A stretch of DNA of 52,942 nucleotides from Sphingorhabdus sp. (GCA_015478735.1 JADMKQ010000238.1:1-52942), one strand, 5' to 3'; shown: positions 9,604 to 19,349, numbered from the stretch's first letter. Numbers and translations: made by a program. The notes: generated by a model not told the origin, from the letters alone.

Positions 9604-11954
9604 ACCGTCGCGCGGTTAATCTCTTTTCGCAAAGACACGATCAGCCTGCTCACCCGTTTCAGCCGTTTCTCTTCTTCGTCAAGAATGGCGCGGAACAGGT
9701 TTTTCTTGAACTCCAGAATCTGGACCGCATCGGGCTGCTTGGATTCAGGGAGCGTGGAAAACAGGATGTCGATCATCCGCTCGCCGCCGTGGAGCCGGCC
9801 CCATAAATAATCATTCTCGCGGTAGCTTCTGCTGAAAAAAGCGCCGAAATTGTTAAATTCAATGCCCTTCAATGTTGCCGCGACACCGCCCCTGCGGATG
9901 CTTCTGGCATCTTCGGGGGAAATCCGGTCCACCTTGATCGGGTCAAACTCATCCAGACCTTCCCCCTGAAGCAGCGGCAGGGTGGCAATGTCGTAAAACG
10001 GGAAGCCAAGGAACGCGAGTAGCAAAGATCGCCGCTCAGACTTGGGTAGATCGGTCATCGCCTGGGCCAGCTTGTGATCGATCAGCGCGTCCAGAGCCAC
10101 GAGGTCACGGGCTTTTGCCAGAATTTCCAATATCTGTTCCGGCCGGTTTTCCGCATTTTCGCACAGATCTACAAATGCTTCGCCCAGATAGCCGATCGTC
10201 TCGCGCTCGATATACATTGCAAGACATTCGTAAATCACATCATGCACATGTTCGACCGCGGCATAATCATCGGGATGCGCCTGATCCAGATCTTCGGCAA
10301 AGCGCCGCGCCAGAAACCGGATGCGCCGGATGCGATAGCCGAGATCATGATGATTGAAAAAGTCGATCACCATTTTTGACGGCCCATGTCCGCCTTTTTT
10401 GGAAATATCGTCAAAGCCGTGCTGCTGCAAATGGGACCATAAGGACTCGCGCGTTGCCGGATGGTTATGGGCAGAGCTATCAGACCGGCCACGCCGGACT
10501 GTATTGGCAATATCTTCGACGACGGTCGCCAGCCTTAGATGGCCGTATGCACTATAGGAAAAGCCGGCCAGTTTGCTTGCCTTTTCCCGTGCCTTGCTTC
10601 GCCATGCAGCCATACGCGCTGCTGTCGGGCTGTCAAAAAATAGCGTCCTGCCAAACAGGGTTTCGACATGATATTCAACCTCTCCGCGCAGGTTTTCGGT
10701 GATCTGGCGCATCTGGATGATCCGGTTGGATCGCCGCGATATGTCGTTCAGATTATCGCGGATCGGCTGTTCGCGCGGGATGTTTGAAATAGCTCCGAAT
10801 ATAGTGGAAAAGAAGCCGGGCAGATGCTCGGCTTCGGCTTCCTGCGCTGCCTGTAACCGCTCCAGCGCACGGTTGCTTTTGTCCACATCCAGATCAGGAC
10901 GCGGATCAATATAGACAAAGCGCCGGTCCACCTCGCGCGTGGCTGGCCGGTTTTTCAGCGCGTCAATCGCCTGAGCAAAGGGCGCGTTGGCCAGAACCGA
11001 TCCGTCAATCAGCACCGTGTCTTCCGCCGTCCCGGCGCGGGACTGGCCGGGCAGGATGCGTTTCAGAAAGTTAAGGCGATTGGGCCATTCCAGCTTGCGA
11101 TCCGATAGCAGGCTGTCAAGTTCCTTAACCGTAAATGGAGGAAACGCGCCGGGGAAACTGGCGGTTGAGCGGCCCGCAAAAACCAGCTCGGCCGGATCAG
11201 CGATATTGTCATGGGTCGTGCCCCTGGTGGAAAAGCTGATCGTGAGCCTATGCTCCATCTCAAAAGCATTGGGCGGGCTGTGCAGTTGCAGCTTTTCCGG
11301 ATAGCCGACGAAATCCGTGACCGTCACAAACAGGTCAAGCGGCTGTCCGGGCGGCAGCAATTTGGGGCCAAGATCGACGCCCTTCATCCCGGCAAGCGCG
11401 TCCATGATAAGGCCGGAGAATATCTTCCCCCCGAATGGCGGCGCGAACCAGCGGGCGCGCACGAAGCGGGAGAGCTTCATTTTAACCTCTTCCCGCGCCT
11501 CTTTCGAAACCGTCTGTTCCACCGTTCCGCCTTTGCGGCCCAGCGCCATCCATGCGATCGGTTCCGCCCAGAATTTGGAAAAGCGTGACAGGGGTCTGGC
11601 GTCGGGATCGAGCAGCGTATCGACATCCGCTTTTTCCAGCCACATCTCTGTTAGCGGTTCGAGCGATTCCCCGGAAATAATCGCTTGCGCCAGGAATATG
11701 CCGTTAATGCCGCCAGCACTGGAACCGGCGATAATGTCAGGCAGAACCCGCAGCTTTAGGCCTCCTTCCTGCTCAATCCATTTCAATATGTCATAATAGA
11801 CTTCGCGGCTGTCTTGATAGGGAGGCTGCTCGTCATGGAAATTGCGGCTGGCCTTGGTCAGCTTCCAGATTTCCTTGGTGATGCCGTGCATATAAATGGC
11901 AAGACTAACGCCGCCGTAACAAATAAGAGCGAGTCTGAGTTCCTTCTGGCGCAT
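9600..11954 (-). CDS. Patatin-like protein with DUF3376-type C-terminal domain
   Basis: GGVSLA glycine-rich motif, GSSAG catalytic Ser, ASFPGAF, IDG Asp motif and C-terminal FGAFFSRSYRENDYLWGRL. Start taken at MRQKEL. Confidence 0.88.
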   Translation of the reverse strand: MRQKELRLALICYGGVSLAIYMHGITKEIWKLTKASRNFHDEQPPYQDSREVYYDILKWIEQEGGLKLRVLPDIIAGSSAGGINGIFLAQAIISGESLEPLTEMWLEKADVDTLLDPDARPLSRFSKFWAEPIAWMALGRKGGTVEQTVSKEAREEVKMKLSRFVRARWFAPPFGGKIFSGLIMDALAGMKGVDLGPKLLPPGQPLDLFVTVTDFVGYPEKLQLHSPPNAFEMEHRLTISFSTRGTTHDNIADPAELVFAGRSTASFPGAFPPFTVKELDSLLSDRKLEWPNRLNFLKRILPGQSRAGTAEDTVLIDGSVLANAPFAQAIDALKNRPATREVDRRFVYIDPRPDLDVDKSNRALERLQAAQEAEAEHLPGFFSTIFGAISNIPREQPIRDNLNDISRRSNRIIQMRQITENLRGEVEYHVETLFGRTLFFDSPTAARMAAWRSKAREKASKLAGFSYSAYGHLRLATVVEDIANTVRRGRSDSSAHNHPATRESLWSHLQQHGFDDISKKGGHGPSKMVIDFFNHHDLGYRIRRIRFLARRFAEDLDQAHPDDYAAVEHVHDVIYECLAMYIERETIGYLGEAFVDLCENAENRPEQILEILAKARDLVALDALIDHKLAQAMTDLPKSERRSLLLAFLGFPFYDIATLPLLQGEGLDEFDPIKVDRISPEDARSIRRGGVAATLKGIEFNNFGAFFSRSYRENDYLWGRLHGGERMIDILFSTLPESKQPDAVQILEFKKNLFRAILDEEEKRLKRVSRLIVSLRKEINRATV

Positions 11955-12028
11955 TTTGCCAAGAGTGGCAGGGTGAAGTGTTTCACGCAAGCATGAAAGC
12001 GGTTGAAATAGCCATGAAAAACTATAAT

Positions 12029-12043
12029 GTTCTATTTTTGTTC
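12029..12043 (+). promoter_or_regulatory. Alphaproteobacterial LexA (SOS) box
   Basis: Exact GTTC-N7-GTTC (GTTCTATTTTTGTTC) about 10 bp upstream of radA, directly after a TATAAT hexamer. Confidence 0.8.
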
Positions 12044-12052
12044 CGTTAAAGG

Positions 12053-13435
12053 ATGGTAATGGCGAAACCCAAGAAAAAATATGTCTGCCAGAATTGCGGC
12101 TCTATCTCGCACCGCTGGCAGGGCCAATGTGCGGATTGCGGAGACTGGAACACATTGGTCGAGGAAGCGGGCGAAACGGTTTTTGCTGCCCGGCATAATT
12201 TGCAGAGCGGCGGGCGGGAAGTCCGGCTGGTCGGGCTGGATTCCGAAATCAAGCTGCCGGAGCGTAAAAAGACCGGGATAGAAGAGTTTGACCGCGCGGT
12301 TGGCGGCGGGCTGGTGGCCGGTTCTGCCACGCTGATGGGCGGTGATCCGGGTATCGGGAAATCGACCTTGTTGCTGCAAGTGTCGGCGCGGCTGGCCCAT
12401 GCGGGATGTTCGGTCGCCTATATTTCGGGAGAGGAAGCTGCGGATCAGGTGCGGTTGCGGGCGCGGCGCCTTGGTCTGGGCGATGCGCCGGTCAAGCTGG
12501 CATCGGCGACTTCGGTGCGCGATATATTGACCACCTTGTCCAAGGACCCACCGGACTTCGTGGTGATCGATTCTATCCAGACGATGCACAGCGACCTTAT
12601 CGAAGGCGCGCCGGGAACCGTGAGCCAGGTGCGCGCTTCTGCACAGGAACTCATTAAATTTGCCAAGGAATATGGCACGATGATGATGTTGGTCGGCCAT
12701 GTGACCAAGGATGGCAATATCGCCGGTCCGCGCGTGTTGGAGCATATGGTCGACACGGTGATGAGCTTTGAAGGGGAACGTTCCCATCAATACCGGATTT
12801 TGCGGTCGATCAAGAACCGTTTCGGCGGCACGGACGAAATCGGCGTGTTCGCGATGGAAGAAATGGGGTTGAGCGAAGTGCAGAACCCATCCGCGCTTTT
12901 CCTGACTGACCGGAGCGAGGAAGTCACCGGCGCTACAGTTTTTCCCGCATTGGAAGGGACGCGCCCGGTGCTGGTGGAGATTCAGGCGCTGACCGTCCGG
13001 CTGGCCAGCGGAGCGACTCCGCGCCGTTCGGTTGTCGGTTGGGACAGTTCGCGCCTTGCGATGATATTGGCGGTGCTGGAAGCGCGCTGCGGCCTCAGCT
13101 TTTCGGGAGCGGAAGTCTATCTGAATGTGGCGGGGGGATACAGGCTCACCGATCCAGCGGCGGATCTGGCTGTTGCGGCGGCGTTGATCTCTGCGCATGC
13201 CGAGCGGCCCATGCCAAGTGATGCGGTTATATTTGGCGAAATCGCGCTGTCGGGTGAGATCCGTCCCGTTTCCAATACTCCGCTGCGCCTGAAAGAAGCA
13301 TCGAAACTGGGCTTTGACCGGGCGCTGATTCCAGCATCCGGAGAGAAAGCCGGGAAGCAGTCCGGCGGCACGGTAAAGCGGCTGCAATTTGCGAAACTTG
13401 CCAATCTCGTTGACCATATGCTTGCCCGTGCTTAG
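12053..13435 (+). CDS. radA: DNA repair protein RadA/Sms
   Basis: CxxC...CxxC zinc finger, Walker A GDPGIGKS, KNRFG motif and Lon-like C-terminus. Confidence 0.98.
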   Translation: MVMAKPKKKYVCQNCGSISHRWQGQCADCGDWNTLVEEAGETVFAARHNLQSGGREVRLVGLDSEIKLPERKKTGIEEFDRAVGGGLVAGSATLMGGDPGIGKSTLLLQVSARLAHAGCSVAYISGEEAADQVRLRARRLGLGDAPVKLASATSVRDILTTLSKDPPDFVVIDSIQTMHSDLIEGAPGTVSQVRASAQELIKFAKEYGTMMMLVGHVTKDGNIAGPRVLEHMVDTVMSFEGERSHQYRILRSIKNRFGGTDEIGVFAMEEMGLSEVQNPSALFLTDRSEEVTGATVFPALEGTRPVLVEIQALTVRLASGATPRRSVVGWDSSRLAMILAVLEARCGLSFSGAEVYLNVAGGYRLTDPAADLAVAAALISAHAERPMPSDAVIFGEIALSGEIRPVSNTPLRLKEASKLGFDRALIPASGEKAGKQSGGTVKRLQFAKLANLVDHMLARA

Positions 13436-13444
13436 CTAGATCGC

Positions 13445-13969
13445 ATGACAAGTCTGGATATTTTCGTATTGCTGCTGATGGGGGGCGGTGCCATTTTTGG
13501 TTTTCTGCGCGGATTTGTGCAGGAAATATTATCTCTTATCGCCTGGGTGATGATCATTTTCGCGATCCGTTTCCTGCATGAGCCGGTGACGGATTTTCTG
13601 GTCGCGCCCATCGGAACAGAGGGCGGCGCATCGGTTCTGTCATTTGTTTCGCTGTTCATTGTCACTTATGCTCTGGGCCGCTGGATAGCCAAAGCCATCG
13701 GGAAAAGATCGCGCAAATCGATGCTGGGGCCGATTGACCGGGTTCTGGGATTCGGCTTTGGCATGATAAAGGGGCTGATTGCGGCGACTTTGGCCTATCT
13801 GTTGGCGATCCTTATCTATGACGGTATCTATGGGGCAAGTGAACCGCGGCCCGCCTGGATTGCCGATTCCCGGACTTATCCGCTGCTCAATGCCAGTAGC
13901 GAGGCTCTGGTCGAGTTTGTCGACGAAGGGCGGGCCATGGCCGGAATCGGAGCGGATGAAGAGGAATGA
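13445..13969 (+). CDS. cvpA: CvpA family membrane protein
   Basis: GFLRGFVQEILSL and DRVLGFGFG motifs. Follows radA. Confidence 0.9.
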   Translation: MTSLDIFVLLLMGGGAIFGFLRGFVQEILSLIAWVMIIFAIRFLHEPVTDFLVAPIGTEGGASVLSFVSLFIVTYALGRWIAKAIGKRSRKSMLGPIDRVLGFGFGMIKGLIAATLAYLLAILIYDGIYGASEPRPAWIADSRTYPLLNASSEALVEFVDEGRAMAGIGADEEE

Positions 13970-14400
13970 GCGGCGCCCTTTATACGCGGGACATTCTAAG
14001 GCTGGCAGTTTCGATTCCGCACCAGTCGCGGCTGGAAAATCCCGATGGCACGGCGGAAGTTCGCTCTCGAACCTGTGGCAGCCGCGTCGCCGCTGATATC
14101 CGGTTGTCGGATGACGGGCAGATTGCGGAGCTTGGCATAGAGGTCAATGCCTGCGCGCTGGGTCAGGCCTCCGCAGCGATATTGGCAGCCGAAGCGATCG
14201 GCAAATCGGCGGAAGAAATCGCTACGGCCAGAACGCAGCTTGCCGGGTTTCTGGCCGGGACAGAGGACGATCCCGGTTCCTGGGATAATATGGAACATCT
14301 GTGCGCTGCGAAGGACCATCTGGGGCGACATGCCGCAATAGTCTTGCCTTATGATGCCATTCTGGCCGCTTTCGACGCCCATAAGGATGAGGGGGTGTAA
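13966..14400 (+). CDS. IscU/NifU-N-like Fe-S scaffold family protein
   Basis: TCGS and ACALGQAS motifs. ATGA overlap with cvpA. Confidence 0.8.
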   Translation: MSGALYTRDILRLAVSIPHQSRLENPDGTAEVRSRTCGSRVAADIRLSDDGQIAELGIEVNACALGQASAAILAAEAIGKSAEEIATARTQLAGFLAGTEDDPGSWDNMEHLCAAKDHLGRHAAIVLPYDAILAAFDAHKDEGV

Positions 14401-14403
14401 CGG

Positions 14404-14490
14404 ATGGAAGGGGTAGAACCACATTTAGGCGACCTGCTAATAGGTGGTTTCACCATGCTGGCGGCGGCGCTGATATCGCCTTTGGCGTAA
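14404..14490 (+). pseudogene. Possible remnant of a membrane-protein gene (Kef-type cation:proton antiporter-like N-terminus)
   Basis: RBS plus ATG GAA GGG. After a one-base frameshift it reads VEPHLGDLLIGGFTMLAAALI and then stops abruptly. Confidence 0.35.
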
Positions 14491-14531
14491 TCGAAGAAGA
14501 CGGTGAGGGAACAGGACGATTAGGACGCCGT

Positions 14532-15632
14532 TCAGTCTGACTGATCGAGAAACGCTGCCACATCCGCCAGATCAACATCATTGGCGAGAAATGTCTGACC
14601 GATGCCATTGGCGAGCAGAAACGGCAGGTTGCCGGAGGTCATTTTCTTGTCATGCAACATGTGCTGGACCAGCTTTTCGCCCGACGCCCTGACGGATGCG
14701 CTGCTTAGGCTATAAGGCAATCCCGCGTTTTTCAGGTGATTTTCAACCCGCTGCGCATCGGCTTCATCACAATGCCCGCGCCGGACGGAATAGTGAAAAG
14801 CCAGCGCCATGCCGGCCGCGACCGCTTCGCCATGCACTAGATTGCTGGAATATCCGGTTTCCGCTTCCAGAGCGTGACCAAATGTATGCCCCAGATTTAG
14901 CAGCGCGCGGCGGCCGCTCAATTCCTTTTCATCTTCCGCAACGATCCCCGCTTTTGCGCGCACGCTTTGGGTAATCGCATGGCTTAAAGCATCGGGCTCA
15001 CGATTCAGCAAAGCCTCGTAATTATCCTCGCACCACGCAAAAAACGGTGCGTCATTGATGAGGCCGTATTTAATTACCTCGGCATAGCCTGCGCGCAGTT
15101 CGCGGTCGGATAATGTGTTCAGGACCATCGGGTCGATCAGTACAAATACCGGCTGGTTAAACCGGCCGATCAGGTTCTTTCCCGCGCGGCTGTTAATCGC
15201 TGTCTTGCCGCCGACACTGCTATCGACCTGGGCAAGCAGGCTGGTCGGGATCTGGATGAAGTGGCAACCGCGTTTCAGGATGCTCGCTGCAAAACCGGTA
15301 AGGTCGCCAATCACTCCGCCGCCCAGCGCGATCAATATGTCGGAGCGTTCCGCACCCTCGTCCAACAGCCAGTCGGTGAGTTTTTCCAGCTCTCCCCAGC
15401 TTTTCGTTTGTTCGCCCGCGTCCAGGATGTGACTGATGACTTTAATGCCGGATTTCTGCAAATCTTTTTCGAGCGGAGTCAGCCAATGTTCAGCGACATG
15501 GGCGTCGGTTATCACGAACACCCTGTCTTTGCGGATATGGGGCAAAAGATGCGTCGCAGCATTGTTTAGCGCACCGGCCTCGACAAGAATATCATATCCA
15601 TCGCCGCCAAGTTCCACAGGGATTCGGTTCAT
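14532..15632 (-). CDS. aroB: 3-dehydroquinate synthase
   Basis: GGGVIGDLTGF, PTSLLAQVDSSVGGKT, NLGHTFGHALE and HGEAVA motifs. Confidence 0.98.
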   Translation of the reverse strand: MNRIPVELGGDGYDILVEAGALNNAATHLLPHIRKDRVFVITDAHVAEHWLTPLEKDLQKSGIKVISHILDAGEQTKSWGELEKLTDWLLDEGAERSDILIALGGGVIGDLTGFAASILKRGCHFIQIPTSLLAQVDSSVGGKTAINSRAGKNLIGRFNQPVFVLIDPMVLNTLSDRELRAGYAEVIKYGLINDAPFFAWCEDNYEALLNREPDALSHAITQSVRAKAGIVAEDEKELSGRRALLNLGHTFGHALEAETGYSSNLVHGEAVAAGMALAFHYSVRRGHCDEADAQRVENHLKNAGLPYSLSSASVRASGEKLVQHMLHDKKMTSGNLPFLLANGIGQTFLANDVDLADVAAFLDQSD

Positions 15633-16204
15633 TTACGAAGTGCCTCGATTACTTTATCCACGGTCAGGTCATGCGGGGCATCATTGCCGGTCACATGCAC
15701 ATGGGCGAGCGCATAGACGGGATTTCTTTTCGCCGCTAGAGTGCGTAGAATCTCCTCGGTATTCCCGCTGCGCAACAAAGGTCTGGTGTCGCGGCGTCCC
15801 ACGCGTTTGACCAGCGTTTCAATATCGGCATCAAGCCATATCGCGGTTGCGTTGGCGAGGATAAGTTCCCTTGTTTCATCATTCATAAACGCGCCGCCGC
15901 CGGTGGCGATAACGCGGCATGGTCCCTCGATAAGCCGTGCGATTACGCGCCTTTCCCCGTCGCGAAAATAATCTTCGCCAAAGCGGTCGAAAATCTCTGT
16001 CACCTTCAGGTCAGCCGCTTTTTCGATTTCCTCGTCGGCATCGACAAAGGGCAAATCCAGCCTCTTTGCCAGCCTGCGCCCGACAGTTGTTTTGCCGACA
16101 CCCATCAGGCCGATCAAAACCAGCGGTTTGTCGATCAATATACCACACGCTTCACCGGATTCTTCGGCGGATTGGTTAAAAGGGTCTTTCATGTTTTTGT
16201 CCAT
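15629..16204 (-). CDS. aroK: Shikimate kinase
   Basis: GLMGVGKTTVG Walker A, GEDYFRDGE, ATGGG and RPLL. Start is 16204 or 16192. Confidence 0.96.
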   Translation of the reverse strand: MDKNMKDPFNQSAEESGEACGILIDKPLVLIGLMGVGKTTVGRRLAKRLDLPFVDADEEIEKAADLKVTEIFDRFGEDYFRDGERRVIARLIEGPCRVIATGGGAFMNDETRELILANATAIWLDADIETLVKRVGRRDTRPLLRSGNTEEILRTLAAKRNPVYALAHVHVTGNDAPHDLTVDKVIEALRK

Positions 16205-16331
16205 TGGGGCAAAGGCTATACATAGGATGGTTGCGAGTGCAAAACCCAATGCGTTGGTGGCCGTATTTTCGAAGGAAGCGGCTCTTCATAGCGAGGGGCC
16301 ATTTCGTAACAAACAGGATAGTGGAATTTAT

Positions 16332-16466
16332 ATGCCGCGCAGTTTGGTTTTTTTACTTATTTTGCTGGCTGTCATCATTGGCGCCATGTTCTTTTTGTCC
16401 TCGATGGACGTTGAGCAAGACTTAAAGCCGGTAGAAAAACCGGTTGTTGTCGGAGAAACAAAGTAA
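16332..16466 (+). CDS. Small single-pass membrane protein (44 aa)
   Basis: MPRSLVFLLILLAVIIGAMFFLSSMDVEQDLKPVEKPVVVGETK. One TM helix. Ends 3 bp before the next gene. Confidence 0.7.
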   Translation: MPRSLVFLLILLAVIIGAMFFLSSMDVEQDLKPVEKPVVVGETK

Positions 16467-16469
16467 GCG

Positions 16470-18341
16470 ATGCGCTTTCGCCACAGATATTTATCACTGG
16501 CAACGGTGGGCATCGCTGCCCTTGCTCTGTCGATACCGGTTTTGGGGCAAAGCTCGCCTGAATCTCTTTTGCCGCCGGGCTTTGGCGAGCCTGATCCAGA
16601 GCCGACACCCGCTCCGCGTCCGGCCCCTGCGCCCACTCCGACGCCCAGAGCTACTCCAACCCCCGGACCAACGTCCGGAAGCTCATCGCCGCCTTCTCCT
16701 GTAGGTCCACCGACAGGCGGCACAGTGCCCGCCAATCCGAATGCGGCTGCGGACGGTTCGCTCAGCTCGTTATTGGACGAGGATGGGAATCTTGATGCGG
16801 AGGCGCTGGAACAAAGGTTGCTCCCGCAATATTATCTGCCCAGCGAAGCGCGCCGCTCTATGGCGAGAATCGGTGTTTTGACGGAAAGCTCGGGCGGTCT
16901 TGCCCCGGATGCTTTCGGAGAAGAAGGCGGGCAATATCTGACCAGTCTGATTTCGAATCTGGACGGACCTCTCGTTTCGCGCTGGGGTTCGATCCTGCTG
17001 CGCCGCACGCTGCTGAGCACAGTGGATAGCCCGGAAAATGTCAATCCGGCCGACTGGGTCGCGGCGCGCGCATGGCGCTTGCTGCGTATGGGCGAAGCTG
17101 AGGCTGCCCGCTCGTTGGTGCTAAAGGTCGATGCAAGCAATTTTACGCCTCAGCTTTATACCGCCACGATGCAATCCCATCTGGCAACGGCTGACCCTGC
17201 AGGGGTTTGTCCCTATGTGCATGGCGGATCGGTGGCCAGCGATGCGCCGACATGGGATTTCTTCCTTTCCATTTGCGCGTCTTTCTCTGGTGAACAGAAC
17301 CGGGCTACATCGCTATTGCGGGATGCGCGGCGGAAAACCAGCGTAACCGGCATAGATTATCTGCTCGCCGAAAAAACCATGGGCGCTGGCGTTGATGGCA
17401 GCCGCGCGGTTACGATCAAGTGGGATGATGTCAAATATTTCAACAGCTGGCGTTTTGGTCTGGGAGCCGCGACCGGTGTTGAAGCGCCCGACAGGTTATA
17501 TTCGCAGGTGGGCCGCCATGTGCAGGGCTGGCGCGTCCGTGCGCCCATGCTGTCCAGAAATTCGCGGATGCAGGCGGCGGATACGGCTGCGGCTATCGGT
17601 GTCTTGTCGAACAAGGCAATGGTTGATCTTTATAGCGCGACCTATGACGATCCGGAGGCCAGCGACGACCTGAAAGCGCGCGCTTCTTTGCTGCGTCAGG
17701 CCTATACCGGCACAGCGGAAAGCCGGATTAAAGCTATGCGTTCCATGTGGGAGCGCTCTAACGGAGCTTTGGCTTCCCATTCCGCAAAAATCCTGACGGC
17801 CCGTGCAGCGGCCAAAATCCCGGCTTCGGCTGAACTGGCAGAAAGTAGCGGTGATTTAATTGCATCCATGCTTACCGCCGGACTGGACCGCAATGCTGCG
17901 CTTTGGGCCAAGCATGTGGAACCGGGCAGCTATGCCTGGGCCTTGCTGGCCGTAGGCGCGCCGGGCAAAGTGGTGAAAGTGGATTATTCCGCGCTCGACA
18001 ACTTTGGTGATGATGACGAAAGCGCTAACCGGTTAAAGAGCCAGTTCTTGCTCGCCGCACTGGCGGGGCTTGGCCGCGTGGATGACGATACACTTCAGGA
18101 TTATGCCAGCGCGCTGGAACTGGACCTTTCCAAAACATCCCGGTGGAGCAGAGCCATCAGGTCGGCCGCAATACGCGGACAGGGCGGCACTGTCGCTGTG
18201 CTGTCGGCCGTGGGTATGCAAGGGCGAAGCTGGAAAGTGATGTCGCCGCTTCACCTGTTCTATATCACACGCTCCTTATCCAGCGTCGGAATGGAAGCTG
18301 AAGCGCGGATGATCGCCGCCGAGGCGTTGATGCGGACCTAG
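16470..18341 (+). CDS. Exported hypothetical protein with Pro-rich linker and alpha-helical body
   Basis: 623-aa ORF with a signal peptide and a PESLLPPGF motif followed by a Pro/Thr/Ser-rich linker. Confidence 0.85.
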   Translation: MRFRHRYLSLATVGIAALALSIPVLGQSSPESLLPPGFGEPDPEPTPAPRPAPAPTPTPRATPTPGPTSGSSSPPSPVGPPTGGTVPANPNAAADGSLSSLLDEDGNLDAEALEQRLLPQYYLPSEARRSMARIGVLTESSGGLAPDAFGEEGGQYLTSLISNLDGPLVSRWGSILLRRTLLSTVDSPENVNPADWVAARAWRLLRMGEAEAARSLVLKVDASNFTPQLYTATMQSHLATADPAGVCPYVHGGSVASDAPTWDFFLSICASFSGEQNRATSLLRDARRKTSVTGIDYLLAEKTMGAGVDGSRAVTIKWDDVKYFNSWRFGLGAATGVEAPDRLYSQVGRHVQGWRVRAPMLSRNSRMQAADTAAAIGVLSNKAMVDLYSATYDDPEASDDLKARASLLRQAYTGTAESRIKAMRSMWERSNGALASHSAKILTARAAAKIPASAELAESSGDLIASMLTAGLDRNAALWAKHVEPGSYAWALLAVGAPGKVVKVDYSALDNFGDDDESANRLKSQFLLAALAGLGRVDDDTLQDYASALELDLSKTSRWSRAIRSAAIRGQGGTVAVLSAVGMQGRSWKVMSPLHLFYITRSLSSVGMEAEARMIAAEALMRT

Positions 18342-18421
18342 GTCTTTACCGCCCCGCGCTATCTTCCTTGCCTCAATGCGAGGAAAATGCATAGTTTCGC
18401 AAAAGGGATGATGGCCAGAAT

Positions 18422-19318
18422 ATGAGCAATGATGCTGCCTATATCGACCGGTTTCTGGAAATGATGGCCGCCGAAAGCGGGGCATCCTTGAACACGTTGT
18501 CGGCTTATCGTTCTGACCTTGAACAGGCATCCGGCCTCGCAAAAGGTGCGTTGTCGCAGGCTGATCGTAGCATATTGGAAAAGATTGCCCATGACTGGAG
18601 CGATTTAAAGAATAGCAGCATAGCGCGCAAATCCTCTTCTCTGCGGCGGTTTTTCGGGTTTTTGGTCGAGGAAGGCTTTCGCGAGAACGATCCCTCGGAC
18701 GCATTGCCGCGCCCCGGCGGGCAGCGCAATTTGCCCAAAATCCTGTCGCATGAAGAAATTGCCAAGCTGTTTGAAACAATCGAATCCGGCCTGACATCCG
18801 AAAAGACCAAGCCCGCAGATGCAAGACTGTCTGCGCTGATGGAACTGCTTTACGGTTCGGGGTTACGGGCCAGCGAACTGGTTTCCTTGCCGCGGCGCTC
18901 TGTGGTGGCTGATCGGCCGTTCCTGATTGTGCGCGGGAAGGGCGGAAAAGAGCGTCTTGTGCCGATTTCCGAACAAGCACGCAGCGCGGTGAACCGGTGG
19001 ATTGCCTTTGTCGATGCGGAGGAAAAATATCTTTTCCCCTCCCGCACCGGGCATCTTAGCCGCATCAGGCTTTTTCAGATTATCAAGGATCTTGCGGTTA
19101 AATCCGGAATCAATCCCGCGAAAATCAGTCCCCATGTCCTGCGCCACGCATTCGCGACGCATTTGTTGGAAGGCGGTGCCGATCTTCGCGCGCTACAGAC
19201 TTTGCTGGGCCATAGCGACATCAGCACGACCCAGATATACACCCATGTTGACAGCGCGCGGCTGGTTGAACTGGTGAATAAACGTCATCCGCTCAGCCGT
19301 TATAATCTGATGCGTTGA
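18422..19318 (+). CDS. xerD: Tyrosine recombinase, XerD-like
   Basis: YGSGLRASEL, GKGGKER, HVLRHAFATH and LGHSDISTTQIYTH. Lies in the aroK-xerD-accA context. Confidence 0.88.
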   Translation: MSNDAAYIDRFLEMMAAESGASLNTLSAYRSDLEQASGLAKGALSQADRSILEKIAHDWSDLKNSSIARKSSSLRRFFGFLVEEGFRENDPSDALPRPGGQRNLPKILSHEEIAKLFETIESGLTSEKTKPADARLSALMELLYGSGLRASELVSLPRRSVVADRPFLIVRGKGGKERLVPISEQARSAVNRWIAFVDAEEKYLFPSRTGHLSRIRLFQIIKDLAVKSGINPAKISPHVLRHAFATHLLEGGADLRALQTLLGHSDISTTQIYTHVDSARLVELVNKRHPLSRYNLMR

Positions 19319-19349
19319 CGTTTTTGTTCAGCGGTTCTAACCGGATAGC

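Noticed and set aside
9600-11954. Patatin as an anti-phage (CBASS CapV-type) effector
   Set aside because: No nucleotide cyclase or other defence genes are adjacent. The size and DUF3376-type tail fit the stand-alone patatin family.
12032-13417. 461-aa antisense ORF over radA, and similar long shadow ORFs over xerD, accA, nit1, metY and thrS
   Set aside because: They lie opposite well-supported genes, show no recognisable motifs and are typical of GC-rich codon bias.
16590-16720. Pro-codon-rich low-complexity stretch as a repeat array
   Set aside because: It encodes a Pro/Thr linker and has no exact periodic DNA repeat.
18422-19318. Tyrosine recombinase as a prophage or island integrase
   Set aside because: Length, motifs and the aroK-xerD-accA context fit chromosomal XerD. 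There are no phage genes or att sites, and it is 7 kb from the tRNA.
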